A stretch of DNA of 64,000 bases from Camelus dromedarius (taxonomy: Eukaryota). Location of the stretch: the NCBI RefSeq assembly GCF_036321535.1, contig NC_087437.1:117492001-117556000 (forward strand), in the 5' to 3' direction. The notes under the pieces are model-generated. The model searched no databases. It saw nothing but the letters and a program-made list of their open reading frames with translations, and was not told the DNA's origin. The position numbers and the translations under genes were made by a program. Shown here piece after piece: positions 12,986 through 25,539 of this stretch; within the stretch, counting starts at the first letter, position 1, and each line of letters begins with the position of its first letter.

Positions 12986-14419
12986 CCTCTCTGAGCCTGG
13001 ATACTGGAGAGTCAAGGTTGCCACCTCTTGTGTTTTCCTTCCCAAATTTATAATGTCTCTGTTTTCCTATTTTGTTTTGAGTCAACAATTCAGTGTGCTT
13101 GTCCCCGAGAAAATGTTATTGGAAGACAGGCTTTGATCTGATGGATGAGTTCACACATCTGTTTGCATCTTGTTCATCTTTTATCCCCAGCTCTTGCCAC
13201 AGCACCTGGGACACAGTAGAGGCTCATAAAACATTAGCTGGATGAACGACTGAATTTACAGGAAGCTGGAGTCTGCAGCTTACCCATCTGGTGAAATAAC
13301 CAACGCCCAGGCAAAGAGGGATACTCTGAGACACAGGGACTCATACATTCACTCATTCATTCATGCATTCATTCAACAAATGTTTATCTTTTAGACGAGG
13401 GGCATGATTCCCTGCCCCGGGGAACTTCCAGTCTCATGAGGGAGACATACCTTGGACAAATAAACAGTAACTATAAACTGATAAATACCAGGAAAGAGGG
13501 TGCAGGAAGGACTCAGTTGCATGGTCCCAGAATTGGCTGGTGCAGAGGTGGGGCGGAGCTCTGCGCTCAGTCACTCACCTTGGCGTCCTCCGAGCCCTGA
13601 CACAGGTCCCCAAGGGGAAGGACCAAGGGGCCCAGGAATCTGCCAACCATGATACATTAGAGGCCCTGGGTTCTTAGAGCGAACAGCTCTCTTCCAAGAG
13701 AGAGCAGTGCATTATCTAACACGCTCTGCGGGCAGAGCCAGCAGTTTGGATGGAGTGTGCTTTCTGACACCATTAAAATTTTATCTGCTGAGACTTCTGT
13801 TCCAAAGAGGCAATAAACTAAATATTTAAGAGAGCTCTGAATTAAAATTGATAGGCGGACCCAAAGAAGTCTCCTACTTTGTAATTATAAAAATTAGCAT
13901 AGTTTCCACTTCATAAAAATGTACACTTACAGGCTTTATTGGTTCTCATTTTATGGTGGCTTAGCTAAATCTGAGCCCTCAGAGTTCGGAATTCTAAAAA
14001 TTTTATAAAAAGCGTGACTTCATTCTCTTCTTTTTAAAGCTTTAATTTCTTTTCTCCTCTTTATGAAATGATGGGCCAGTTTCCAAATCCTCTTAAGACT
14101 TTGGAATGCTTATTCTGTTCTATTGGTTTTCCTTTTTCGTCTCCTCTCTTTCTCTCTCTGCAAAATATAAAATTTGAACCCTAAAATAAAACTCCTAAAA
14201 TTAAACCCTAAAAAAAATCTAGAACCTGTATTCTCTTTACTAACACATTCCATAAAGTATTGAGGGCATAAGACAAAGGAGACCGTTTAAAGTCCCTTCT
14301 ACTACAAGAATATTATAAAAGCCAGTACGTTTAAAGATTTAATCTTTAGTGATCCTCCCTTCATGTGACCGTAACATTGATTTCAAGGGGGTCAATATTG
14401 TCAGTTTTCCGTTTGCTTT

Positions 14420-14564
14420 TTTTAAAATTTATTTTTTATTTTTATTTTTTATTGAAGTACAGTCAGTTACAATGTGTCGATTTCTGTGTACAGCATAATG
14501 TCCCAGTCATTCATGCACATACATATGTGTGCATTTTCATAAAAGGTTATTACAAGATATTGAA
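14420..14564 (-). mobile_element. Young 5'-truncated L1 3' end (camelid/artiodactyl type)
   Basis: T-rich tail then 'attgaagtacagtcagttacaatgtgtc'; TSD tccgtttgcttt (14408) / tccatttgcttt (14565). Confidence 0.8.
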
Positions 14565-15164
14565 TCCATTTGCTTTGGTATAGCAAATCTACCCATTGTT
14601 TATTCTTCCTCCCTGATCTCTGACGTTTGTGGACCCCTCATTTCTTCACTGGTCTTGGACAGTGTTTCTCAAATGTTCCTCTGTGTCCTCTTTGCAGCAG
14701 AGAGAGATGTGTGTCCCCACGGTTCTGGGGGATCACCCAGGATGACTTGCCAAAAGCACAAAATTTTTGTGTAATCTCATATTTCAGTTTCCCATTTCCC
14801 CCATGATTTGCATGCTTACCATATTCCTACTTATTTTAACATGAAATTGTCTATTTTCCCAAACCCTCAAATCACGCTGGTCCTTTGGGATGCTGGGCCC
14901 GACAGCCATGCATCTGAGGAGCATTGGGGGTACTCGGCCCAGCTGAGCCGCACGGCATCTGGGGGTAGGACTTAGCCCGAGGTGGACTGAGAGTGCCACA
15001 CTCTTGATGAGAGGGCGAGGACCAGAGCCTGGCCTCTGGTCGCCCCAGGAGCCTAGCAACAGGCTGTCTTGATAGTTTCTTCAGTCTCCTTCCACATCTC
15101 CAAATGTCATCTCCTTCCTGAGGTTTCCTGTATTATCCCAGCTAGAGGTGGACTCTCCCCTTCC

Positions 15165-15985
15165 TTTAAGTCCATATGGCAAAAAGCAAATCTGAACAAA
15201 ACAAAGGGAGACAGAATTAGTTGGAAAATGATGGAATGAGAAAATTCTTATTTTGCAATGATCACTATAACCGAGTCAGCTGAAAGTCATGGGATGAAAG
15301 TTGTTGGGGAACAGGAGAGTCACACGGTCTTGGAGTAACCCTCCCTGGGTTATTCATTAATCACAAGGGGAAACTTCCCTTCCCAGCCCAGCCATCTGTC
15401 CGCATCAGGGTCATGCGAGGAGCTGACATCATGGGCTCATGCTCTGATGCAAGAGGAAGGGCCCAAGCATCAAATATTTAGCATTCTGGCCCAAATTGTT
15501 TTTAACCTGAATCTAACATTGAGGACACAGGACAAACTCAGACTGTAAGACCTTCTACAAAACAACTGGCCTGGATTCCAAAAATATGTTACAAAAAAAT
15601 AAAACAGAAACATAGGCAAAGAGCCTGTTCTGGGTACAAGGAGGCTAAGGGACGAGTGACAAATACAAGGCATGATCCTTGATAGGGCCTTGGATGACCA
15701 AGACACTTGAATATGGACTGTGTATTTGCCAATATTATTTATTAGTGTTAAATTTCTTAGATGTGACAATGAGATTCAAGTGATGGAGGAAAACATCCTT
15801 TTTCTTAGAAAAAAATATTTGGGGATAAAACATTTGGGAATGAAATGTCATAATGACTTCAACTTACTTTCAAATGATAGGTGGGGAGAGAGAGAGAAAA
15901 CACGTGCAAGTTGGGAAGATTTAACTGGTGAACTGGGATCAAGTGCATAGTTGTAAACTTTGGCTTGTTCTGCAGGTTTGAAGTT
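15165..15985 (+). mobile_element. Old L1 3' region (L1MC/L1ME-like)
   Basis: 'aacctgaatctaa', 'ccttctacaaaacaactggcctgga', 'agtgttaaatttcttagatgtgacaatg', 'gcaggtttgaagtttttcaaa'. Confidence 0.7.
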
Positions 15986-17699
15986 TTTCAAACTTCTGCA
16001 AAAAAAAAAAATTTAAACACCTGCGTAGCAACATCTCCATCTGCAACTCTCGCCTGGCAACGTTAACCTTGCCCTCCAGTTGTTTGTGGGCGTTCTACTG
16101 CCCCGATGAGATGCTGCCTTTTCTAGGATGAAGTCCCATCTCGTACACTCTCCAGGCACCCACAGGGGCTGATTCGTGGCTTTCCACACAAACTGTGTTC
16201 ATTAAAGGTCACTTACATGAGTGCCGAGTACTCAATCTTCACCTGTTGAATGAATGAATGAACCCCTCCACCCACCCTAGGGCAGTAAAATGGCTCAGTT
16301 GCTGTTGCAAGGGGTAAGGAATTTTAACCTCTTGGGTCCTGAGGATCTTGTGAGCCTTTCCAGTAGGCTGGCCCCACATTTGGGATGCTGGACTTCTTGG
16401 CCTCGAAAGCCTGACCTTCATCTATACAAGATGAGATGTGTGTGCGTGTGTGTGTGTACACCTTGTGTGCGGGAGTGCCCCAATAGGCTGAGAGTTATGT
16501 AATAATAACGCTTTTATAATCGAGGAGGATGATGCACTAAGTTGCAGAGGCTGAAGTTTTTATGAAGTTCTGTTTTGAGGACATAGGGCGTGAACAATAG
16601 GAAGGAAACGCACATTTGAGTTAACGCGATCACAGTTTTTAGAGTGCTGTGTCTACCCAAGGCTCAGGGATGCTGTGGGCTTTTCTCATGCTCATGAGAC
16701 TTGGGGAGACTTGATTTGTTTTCTGGAGGGGCTCAGTGATGGAGAGGGAGGGCTCCAAACCTTCACACGGCTTGTACCCTGTTTTACTGACTCCATCCTG
16801 GATGAGGTGGAGGTGGACGTATACAGTTTCTTCACTGAAGGGCCAGGTCTATTTTGGGAGACCGCTCCCCTTCCCTTAAGAGGACTGGTTTCTCCAGCAT
16901 GGCCCCTCCACAGGGCTTGAATTCTGAGAGCCTCCAGGTTGGTCTGGATGCTAGTGGAGAACACCGCTGCTGCTGAGACCCCAGGGGAAGGGTCATTACT
17001 CTCCTGGGGGTGCGCAGACCAGACCCCCCACCTCTGGTTCAGTCCAACCATACAGGCAGCTGGCCGCCTTTCTAGCTCACCAGCAAAGCTGGCACACCTT
17101 GCCAAGAGAGTGCTATTTCTTTTTGGCGACAACGCAGTTGGTCTCACCCAATGAAAGCATGTTACTCCTATTACATGACCTTGTCATTGCCCCTTGCAAA
17201 ACAATAAGCCCTGGCATCATTGTGCCCAGCAGTGCCTGGCTTCTCCCCAGGACCAGCTTCCATTACAAGTGCCTCCTCACTGGCTATGAATGGGTTTCTC
17301 TTCGCCCACAGGCAGGAGAAAGTTGCTCTAAAGAGATTGTTTTACCTCTAAATCTTCCCTGGTGATGGTACAAGGGCGGTGATAGGGGATATTATAAAGT
17401 ATAACCATAGCCCCACATTATGTACCACTCTTTGTTTTTGTTTTTCCATTTTGATTCCATTTTGATGCTTTGATTCTACTCTGGACCCATGGGGACCAGC
17501 GAGGGAGAGGGCAGATGGATGTAATTCCCCAAGTCACACTGCTGTCTCTTTCATTCTGGGTCCCATTTTGTCCCAATGCTTGGCTTACTTGAATATTTAA
17601 ATTTTACTTTATATTAATTTATTTGAACAGAAATCACATTTGCATGATACAAAATTCAAATCAATACAAAAGGCGTACTCTGAGATGTCTCCGCCCAAC

Positions 17700-17990
17700 C
17701 CACCTCCCGCCTCCCCTGTGCCCTCCACTTGCCCTCCATGTCCATTCTCTACCCTCTTCTGCCTGCTCTGCCTGGAAGCTTCCCCATGGAGCACACAGAC
17801 CAGGTTTCTTGGCTCTGTTTAGCCAGTGGGAGATGCTGACAGAGGTTCCTGAAGTTGTTGGTCTTGGGCAGTTAACTTCCTCTTCTGCTTTGTTAATCCT
17901 GCCTTGACTGGGTACAGCCTCTACAGTAAACTCTTTTCTGTTAAACCCATCTGAGTGGATTAACTGCTTATGGTCAGACCCAAATTGACT
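17700..17990. mobile_element. ERVL LTR fragment (LTR33-like)
   Basis: 'tccattctctaccctcttctgcctgctctg...tttagccagtgggag'. Confidence 0.45.
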
Positions 17991-18015
17991 GAAGGGAGAG
18001 AGAGCAGGGCTCAAA

Positions 18016-18072
18016 GAGGTCACTCAGCTCTCTCGAGGTCACTCAGCTCTCTCGAGGTCACTCAGCTCTCTC
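18016..18072 (+). repeat. Perfect tandem repeat, 3 x 19 bp (gaggtcactcagctctctc)
   Basis: Three identical units at 18016, 18035 and 18054. Confidence 0.95.
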
Positions 18073-18104
18073 AAAATCACACAGCTCCTTGTGGAGCAGA
18101 GTTC

Positions 18105-18498
18105 TGCTGTGGACTGAATGTTTGTGTCTGCTCTCATCCCCAATTTATATGTTAAAGCCCTAACCCTGAATGCGATGGTATTGGGAGGTGGGGCCTTTGG
18201 GAGGTGATTAGGGTGGGATAAGGTGATGAGGGTGGGGCCCTGTGATGGGATTAGTGCCCTTATAAGAAGAGGAAGAGACACAGGGGTTCTCTCTCCACAG
18301 GCAGGCACCAAGTAAAGGCCATGTGAGGACATAAGAAGAAGGTGGCCCCTGCAAGCCAGCAAGCAGATTCTCACCAGAAACCAAATCTGCCAGCACCTTG
18401 ATCTTGGACTTCCAGCCTCCAGAACTGCGAGGAATCAAGTTCTGTTGTTTGAGTCCCTCAACCTGTGGTATTTTGTTAAGGTGGCCCAGGTGATCAAA
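18105..18498 (+). mobile_element. MaLR solo LTR (MLT1A-like)
   Basis: 'tgctgtggactgaatgtttgtgtc...ggaggtggggcctttgggaggtgattag...ccagcaccttgatcttggacttccagcctccagaactg'. Confidence 0.9.
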
Positions 18499-19650
18499 AC
18501 AATCCTGAAAGCCAGGAAGCCCTGTGTGTTTCCCTGACTTAGGACCCTCCATCCTCCTGAGGAGGGCATGGGGGTCAACAGGGGTTTGAGGTTCAGTGTG
18601 AGAAGTTCTAGAATCAGGGAGAAGCTGTTGATTTGATGGTGGCTCAGTGGAGATGGGAGGGCCTCAGCAGGAGGCCACTGGTTGGATTCTCTGAAGATGC
18701 AGAGATGGAGAACAGAGGGGACACCTGGGCAGGGCTTGAGGACAGCTGGACTGGGCAGGGGGCATGCCCCAGGCTGAGGGACTTGATCATGTGCACAGAG
18801 GTTCAGGTCTGTTTCCCCTCTGTCTGAGGAATGAGTGTCTTTGACCATAGAGTGGTCATGGTGGTGGTGTGGGGGGTTGCTCCTCTGCAAAGCTTCCTCC
18901 TCAGCTCTTTTGTCTGTAAGGATCTGGGGGCTTCTCAATTCTGTGACCTCAAGAGGTGCTAGGTGTCCAGCAGAAGAGCTACAAAGTGACCTACATTGGG
19001 GTCTATCAAATGAAAACAGATGCTTTTGCTACATTTGACCCAGGTTTTAGTTTATTTGTGGGGTGGATGTCCTCCCAGCATGGCACCCATCTGACGTCAC
19101 CTAATCATAGGAGCTGAAAGCCTCTGAATCTCTTTTCCTTTCCATTCTCAGTGGCTGACTTACTCTTATCAAGTAAGTGTTACCAGTACAATTTTCCTTC
19201 CTAGGAAGGAAAGGAAGGGAAGAAAAGGCTGGTTCTGGAAAAAGGAGGGAGAATATCTCAAAAGGAGGTTTTGGAGAGGAAAAAACCACAAGGTCTCGAC
19301 GACTCAGGAAGCGCAGTAGAGAGGCACTGCTGTCCTCTGGGCAGCTCTGCACTGTGAGAGCGGCAAGGTGACGGGAGAAGAAGTCCCCTTATTTTCCTGC
19401 TGGGGATGTTTTTCTATGAGCTCTAGAAGCTTCTGAGTGTGGAGAAAATTCATTCTGACTTCGTGGCATTCCTACTTGCACTGAGAAAGCCAAGCTCTGT
19501 GGAGGGCGAAGCAGGAATAAACTAAAGAAGAGAATGGTCTGGAAGGGGGTCGGGTGCAGGACCATCTCCCAAAGGTGACCAGCCCGCCCACTGGTCCTTT
19601 CTGCTGGCTGAGGTCCCCTTCCTCCCGAGGTTATCTTATAAAGGGGCCTT

Positions 19651-19720
19651 TAAATCTCAAGCCCTGGCACCCAGGGATTGGGTATTAAATCTCGAGCCCT
19701 GGACCACAGGGGTTGGGTAT
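19651..19720 (+). repeat. Tandem duplication, 2 x 35 bp
   Basis: taaatctcaagccctggcacccagggattgggtat / taaatctcgagccctggaccacaggggttgggtat. Confidence 0.9.
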
Positions 19721-20544
19721 AGCTGCCCTGACATCCCAGTTTCCTGAGACCAGAAAGGAAGAGAGCGGGCAGAGGTACACTTTTATCATCACCACTTTTC
19801 TAAACTGCAAGAAATAATTATCGAGGTCTTTTTTGAAACACATTAATTCCCTTGTCTGAATAGAGATTGAAATTTGTTAACTGATAATTAATGTCTTTTT
19901 TACCTTTTAATTAAAAGTTAACTGTCAGTGAAAAGTGCCAAGGAAATTCCTGGGCTGTACCCAGGCAGTTCATGCTCTCTGGGCTCTCCTGACCTGCCGG
20001 CCAGTTGGCAGCCCAGAAGGTGACATTTGTATGCAAGTAATTAGGGACTTGGGGAGCTTGGAAGAAAAGTTATTTCTTTTATGCAAAATTATGCAAGAGG
20101 TAAGGCTGAAATAAGGACAAATGAAAATCCTCTCCCCATCCACAGTGCCGTCTGCTACCAGCTGCGGCCCCACTTCCTTTGCTTCTGGAGAGGAGAGGAA
20201 TGGCTTGCTTTGTCTTCCCAAGGATGAGGGATGAGTCATCATAATCGCTTTCTCCAGTGTCTTCCACAAGTGAAGGACAGCTGGCCACCATGCTGTAAGG
20301 CTCCACTGGGACAGTGCCTCCTTTTTGCCCTCCCGATTGTCATGAACTGTCACAGATGGCGTTTAACTAAAATTTCCCCAAAGGATACTTTCTTCCCACC
20401 ATCGTTGGTACCTTAGTTCATGGCATGTGCTATGTTCTGTCCAAGGTTGGAAGGTGGAAGGCAATGTTTTTACCTAGAAGCTAATTTTTTTTATTGTATT
20501 TTGCACAATCCAAGTTTAATTTGCATCCTCAAAGAATTCATATT

Positions 20545-20815
20545 TACCATTTTTTGAGCTCTTATTATGTGCCGGGCACTGTGCTATCGCTCTGAACTCT
20601 TATGAATTTTATGAACTTTATGGAATTGCAGATTTCAACTGCAGTTTAACCTACAAAACCAGATACTTCCTATGGTTCAGCCTAAGATCTGGTTTCACTT
20701 TATCCTCACAGTAGGTCTATGGGGGAGGTATCGTTAATTAACTTTTGGGGTGGTGAGGAGCCACTGTTCAGGGAGGTTAGGGGGTTCGCTTAGGCTCGTG
20801 TGGCCAGAAGGCTGG
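20545..20815 (-). mobile_element. MIR fragment(s)
   Basis: 'ttgagctcttattatgtgccgggcactgtgcta' and 'atcctcacagtaggtctatgggggagg...gttcagggaggttag'. Confidence 0.5.
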
Positions 20816-22820
20816 CTTGCGTGAACTAGCTTGTGCTATTTTGCACCTTACTCTGGGGCTCAGGAACCGTACTGTGGGTTTCAAGAATTTTGGACTAAAA
20901 TTCAGTGCTTTTCAACAGGATGCCGTGCTGTGCTTAAAACAAAGTAGGCAGGTTCAGAGTCACAGCAACTGGGGTGGGGGCCCTCCTAGCATTTACTGGG
21001 TGGGGCCAGGGGGCTCAGCATCCTGTAAAGGGTGGGGCGGTCCTGACCAATGATGAGTCATTCCAATCCAAGTGCCAGTTTCCTCCTCTTTAGGAACATG
21101 GGCTCGAGTGAATCCCAGGTTTCTTTAGCAGTAGAATCCAGCCATTCTGAGCCTTCAAAGGTGGTGCTTCTTTCCGTGAGTAGCTGACAGGCTGTCTGAC
21201 CAGCCCCCCTTTGAGGATGTGCTGGTCCTGCCAGGCTCAGGGCTGGCTCCTGGGGAAGATGATTCTGGTTTGTGACCACATCCCCCAGGCATAGTTGACT
21301 CACCCAGGGGTGGACACCGAGCCAGGCTGATTTCTAGGAAATCTGACCACATGCACACACAGAGACCCCACCTGGCTGTAGCCACTGTGTATGAACTTGG
21401 GCTCGTGGCGGTCACCTTCCATCCATGTGGGCCTTGAGTAGCCGAGAAGCCCAGTTTGCAGTGGAGGAGGGTGGAAGCCACCTGTCAGAGCTTCCTTGAC
21501 TCCCCAGCGGTCTCAGCCCCCACATCCAGCCTGCCTTGTCCATCATCTGCCTTCCTGTTCTTGGGTTCTAGGCGGCAGACTGCTTCCCTAAGACCAGTCC
21601 TCCTCTTTGGCTTAAGCCAGTTGGAAGTGGTTGCTGTTTTTCAAAACCAAAACAAGGTTGAGCAAGGGAGCTCTATCTGCTCTCCCTTCGCACTCACTGT
21701 GGAGGGGGGCTGTGAGGATGAGCAGGCTGCAGGCTCCATCCTTGGGAAATAAAGTTCAACTTCATGCAAATGTGAAGATGCTCATCTTAATTTGACTCCA
21801 CAGGAGACTGATAGTTTTATAGTAGGAAAACTTAGCTTTCATTGATCGAGGTGAATTTTCCATAATTAAAAAGGCAAATTAACTTGTGAAACTGAAAGCT
21901 GCGATTAATTAACACATTTTACAAAGGAAAATCTCGTTTCCCAACTTAAACACATCTTTTTTCCCTTGAAATTCTTCTTTGAAATTGGCCTTGTTATTTG
22001 TCTAAAACTGTATCTAATATTCACTAATTTATTGTGCAGCTAATTTTAATAATGTGGACAAGCATGATCATAATTGAGCTATAATTCAAAGTAAGAACAT
22101 AGGTGTTTTCCATATCAAATAACTATTACTTGTGAATGTTTTTCATCTTGTGGATTTTGGGGGGGCAATAAAAGCTATTTTCCTTATATTTAGATTATCA
22201 CTGCTAGAGTATTCCGACTTAATTACTTTCAAGGTTTTATCTTCATAAAAGTCACTGAACTACTTGGGAATAACAGTTTCAACATCCAGTGATAGAATTG
22301 TATGTGAAAAAATTCCATCCTCGGATGCTGAAAGAAATGATTACAGCAGTAGACATCTACACTCTGCTTCTTTTATTTTTATAATTAGAAGTACTGGAAC
22401 CCATTATTATGAAAAAATAATATGCTTAATTTATTGAAAAATGGATTGTACCTGTTACATAATAGGAACCAGATTCTCAGCTCATCAGACAGTTAGGGAA
22501 ATTCTCTGAGATACATGAATTTTCTGGAACAATTTTTTCTGCAGTTGACTTTCCAGGTGAGTCATCAGCAATCTAGATAACTTCTAGAATTTTAGAATGA
22601 AGCCCAGCTCCTGCAGAGGCCCCGGCTTTGCTTCATGTCTTGATCTGGATTGTTTACATCTGAACCCACTTCACTGATTTATTTTTCCTCACTCCTTCTG
22701 GGAGGCGGGGCAGGGAAGGGCTCATTGAGTAGAGTCTGGACGTCTCATGGTCCAAAAATGGTGGCAGAGTGCGTGTGTGTGTTTGAGAGAGAGAAATGCA
22801 GGGGAGTGGGTGGGGGCGCC

Positions 22821-23200
22821 ACGATCTCCATCTTGGGTTTCACCTGCATCTGCTTGGCCGTCAGCCTTCATGACGATGATGTGATGGTCACAAAGGGTAA
22901 GATCAGCACCCTCATCAAAGCAGCCGGTGTGAACATTGACCCTTTCTGGCCAGGCTTGCTTGCAAAGGCTCCGGCCAATGCAGACACTGGGAGACTCTTC
23001 AGCAACGTAGGGGCTGGTGGACCTGCGCCAGCGGCTGGTGCTGCCCCAGCAGGAGGCCCTGCTCCCTCGGCCACTGCTGCCCTCGTTGAGTAGAAGAAAG
23101 TAGAAACAAAGAAAGAAGAATCTAAGGAGTCTGATGATGACATGGGTTTTGGTCGTTTTGACTAAACCTCTTTTGTAGCATGTTCAATAAGGAGCTGAAC
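22821..23200 (+). pseudogene. RPLP1: Processed pseudogene of 60S acidic ribosomal protein P1
   Basis: Intronless, colinear 114 codons: ...LHDDDVMVTKGKISTLIKAAGVNIDPFWPGLLAKA...NVGAGGPAPAAGAAPAGGPAPS...*KKVETKKEESKESDDDMGFGRFD*. Start codon is ACG (22821), premature TAG at 23091-23093, native TAA at 23163-23165, followed by a short 3' UTR with decayed polyA signal (aataag). Confidence 0.96.
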
Positions 23201-23367
23201 TCTTAACCTTGCCCCCCCCCAACTCCCCAAATGCAAAACCCCAGCAGCCTGTGGCGGTGGTTCTGCCCAGAGACCCTGATGCACACGTCCATGCGGATGG
23301 CGCCCCGGCTCCAGGCGTCTTAGCGGCTGCAGCGGCCCTTGTTCTCGCACTTCTCAGAGGTGGGCAG

Positions 23368-23812
23368 TGTGGTCAGCAGAATGATGACTCCCAAAATCTG
23401 CCCGTGTCCTAATTCCCAGGGCAGGTGAATATGTTACCTTGCACGGCAAAGAAACTTTGCAGATGGGATTAAGTTAGTGATTTTGAGATGGGAAGGTTTT
23501 CCTGGATTAGCTGCATGGACCAATGTCATCACAAGGGTGCTCAGAAGATAGAAGAGGGGGTAGGAGGGTCAGAGGAGACGTGACAGCAGAAACAAGTTGG
23601 AGTGATGTAAGATCATCAGCCAAGGATTGAGGCAGCCTCTAGAAGATGGAAAAGACAAGAAAATAATTCTCTCCTCAGGCTTCCAGAGAAATGTAGCTCG
23701 ACTCATTCACTTTAGACTCCTGGCATCTCGAACTATAAGATAGTAGATGCGTGTTGTTGGAAGCCACTAAGTTTGTGGTAACCTGTTACAGCAGCAATAG
23801 GAAACTAATACA
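23368..23812 (+). mobile_element. MaLR solo LTR (MLT1D-like)
   Basis: 'tgtggtcagcagaatgatg...aagccactaagtttgtggtaa..tgttacagcagcaataggaaactaataca'; TSD ggcag/gacag. Confidence 0.9.
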
Positions 23813-25464
23813 GACAGATCGCTTCCCTTCTCTGAACCTCAGTTTTTTCATATTTAAAATGGGCTAATTCTGCCTGCCTCAAGGTGGGAGTAAATCTCAT
23901 AAGGCAGATGAATGCATTGTAGAATCTAAAATAAGACACTAGGCCACTGAAACCTTTGCAGTGTGATCTGTCTGTGATGACAAGAGGCCATGAGGTCTGT
24001 AACCATGGGGCTGAAACGTGGGCCATCGATTGCTAGACTTCTGGTTTCCACACTGATGCTGTCCCTTTGGGTTTGGGGGGCTTCCCCTATGTTCAGAGAG
24101 CAAACAGGCAAGGACAGGGGGGCACACACACACGCACACACACTACAGAAGCTGAGCCGGGCTCGCTGCCCAGGCCCCCGGGCTAAGCTGGAGGCACGTG
24201 GAGGTGAGCTGAGGCTTTGGAGCAGACTCCCTGGTGTTGAAAACCAACACCTGCTGGCTCTGAGGCCGCGGGCTGTGCTCAGCTGTGGTGAGCCTCATCT
24301 CTACCCTACGGTACTGCTCACCCTATTAGGATGCGGTGAGAAGTAAACGAGACTGTGGGTAAGAAATGCCAAGTGCAGGAGCCCTTGGTAATGTACCCAC
24401 CTTGCATAACTCCTGCTTCCTGGGACAACCTGGCATTCCTGTCCCCGCCCAGGTTAACTCGGGGATGGGGGCGCGACTGGGTTGGTGGGGGGATAAACCC
24501 CGCACCTTCATCACCCCAGGGGGAATGGTTATCCACATAGTCACAGATGTGAAACTGAAATGCCATCTTCCCAAATAAAGTAAAATAAAACCTAGAACTG
24601 CCAGGACCGACACTGGAAGAAGAAGAAAGCTTCCTTTCTTTCTCCCGGGGAGTCTGCCTCCCTCAAGGCCTCTGGCTGATGCCCCCACTCTGCCGTCCGT
24701 GCCGGCCCTCAGAGCACGCTGTTCTCTTTTGCCATCTGTAGACGAAAGACCCTTTCCTGTAATCTCTGTTGCTCCAACAGGAGATTCATGTTCGAGAAGA
24801 CTTCACAAGAACGGCTGGTGGATATTACAAAGGCAACATAGATCCGGAAGGACCAGGACCCTAAACATCTGACTCGAGACAGAGCCTGTGGCCCAGGCTC
24901 CCAGGAACTCCATTCCTTCTGGGACTGACCCTCACCCTCTCTGGCTGCTGGCTCGTGGGGAAAACCCAGACATCCTGGGACTCAGCAGGCAGGGACTCTA
25001 AAATAATGCCACTTGCAGTGACCAGTTTTGGTCACTCCATCCCCACTGGCCTCCTGCCTGGAAATGAGTGCCAGTGTCCCAGGAGCCCCTGGTGTCCACA
25101 GCCGTGTGAGAATCTGCCTCTGCTCGTCCTTCCTCTTGGCTCTGGCTCCCTCTTATTCACCATCGCTGCCTGCAAGCAGCATGTTACAGGTTCACCTCCG
25201 CCACCATGACAACCCCCATGGAAGGGCAGTCTTTAAGCTGAGATCTCTCCAGATGCACCCAGAACTTCAGACCCTCCAGGTGCTGGCCCCACGCCCAGGT
25301 AGGAATGGCCCCGGCTCTGGCTGTGAGCCACACTCGCTGCCACCAGGCTCCAGAAGCAGCTCTGCTCTGCACCTGGCCTCATCAGTCTCCTTCGAATGGG
25401 GGCACCAGACACCGACCATCACTCCGTGTCTAGGATCTCACCAAGACAGCTCTTTGAGCAGGTG

Positions 25465-25527
25465 GTGAGGCTCATGGAGAAGGGAGTGGGGCTCATGGAG
25501 AAGATGGTGGGGTTCATGCAGAAGGGG
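25465..25527 (+). repeat. Degenerate tandem repeat, 3 x 21 bp (gtgRggYtcatgSagaag...)
   Basis: Units at 25465, 25486 and 25507. Confidence 0.8.
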
Positions 25528-25539
25528 GTGCAGCTTCAC

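Noticed and set aside
18016..18072. Possible CRISPR-like array
   Set aside because: Head-to-tail repeats with no spacers, in a eukaryotic context with no cas genes
22650..23093. 147-aa ORF as a functional RPLP1-like gene
   Set aside because: TTG start, unrelated N-terminus, and a premature stop that removes the conserved acidic C-terminal DDDMGFGLFD-type tail
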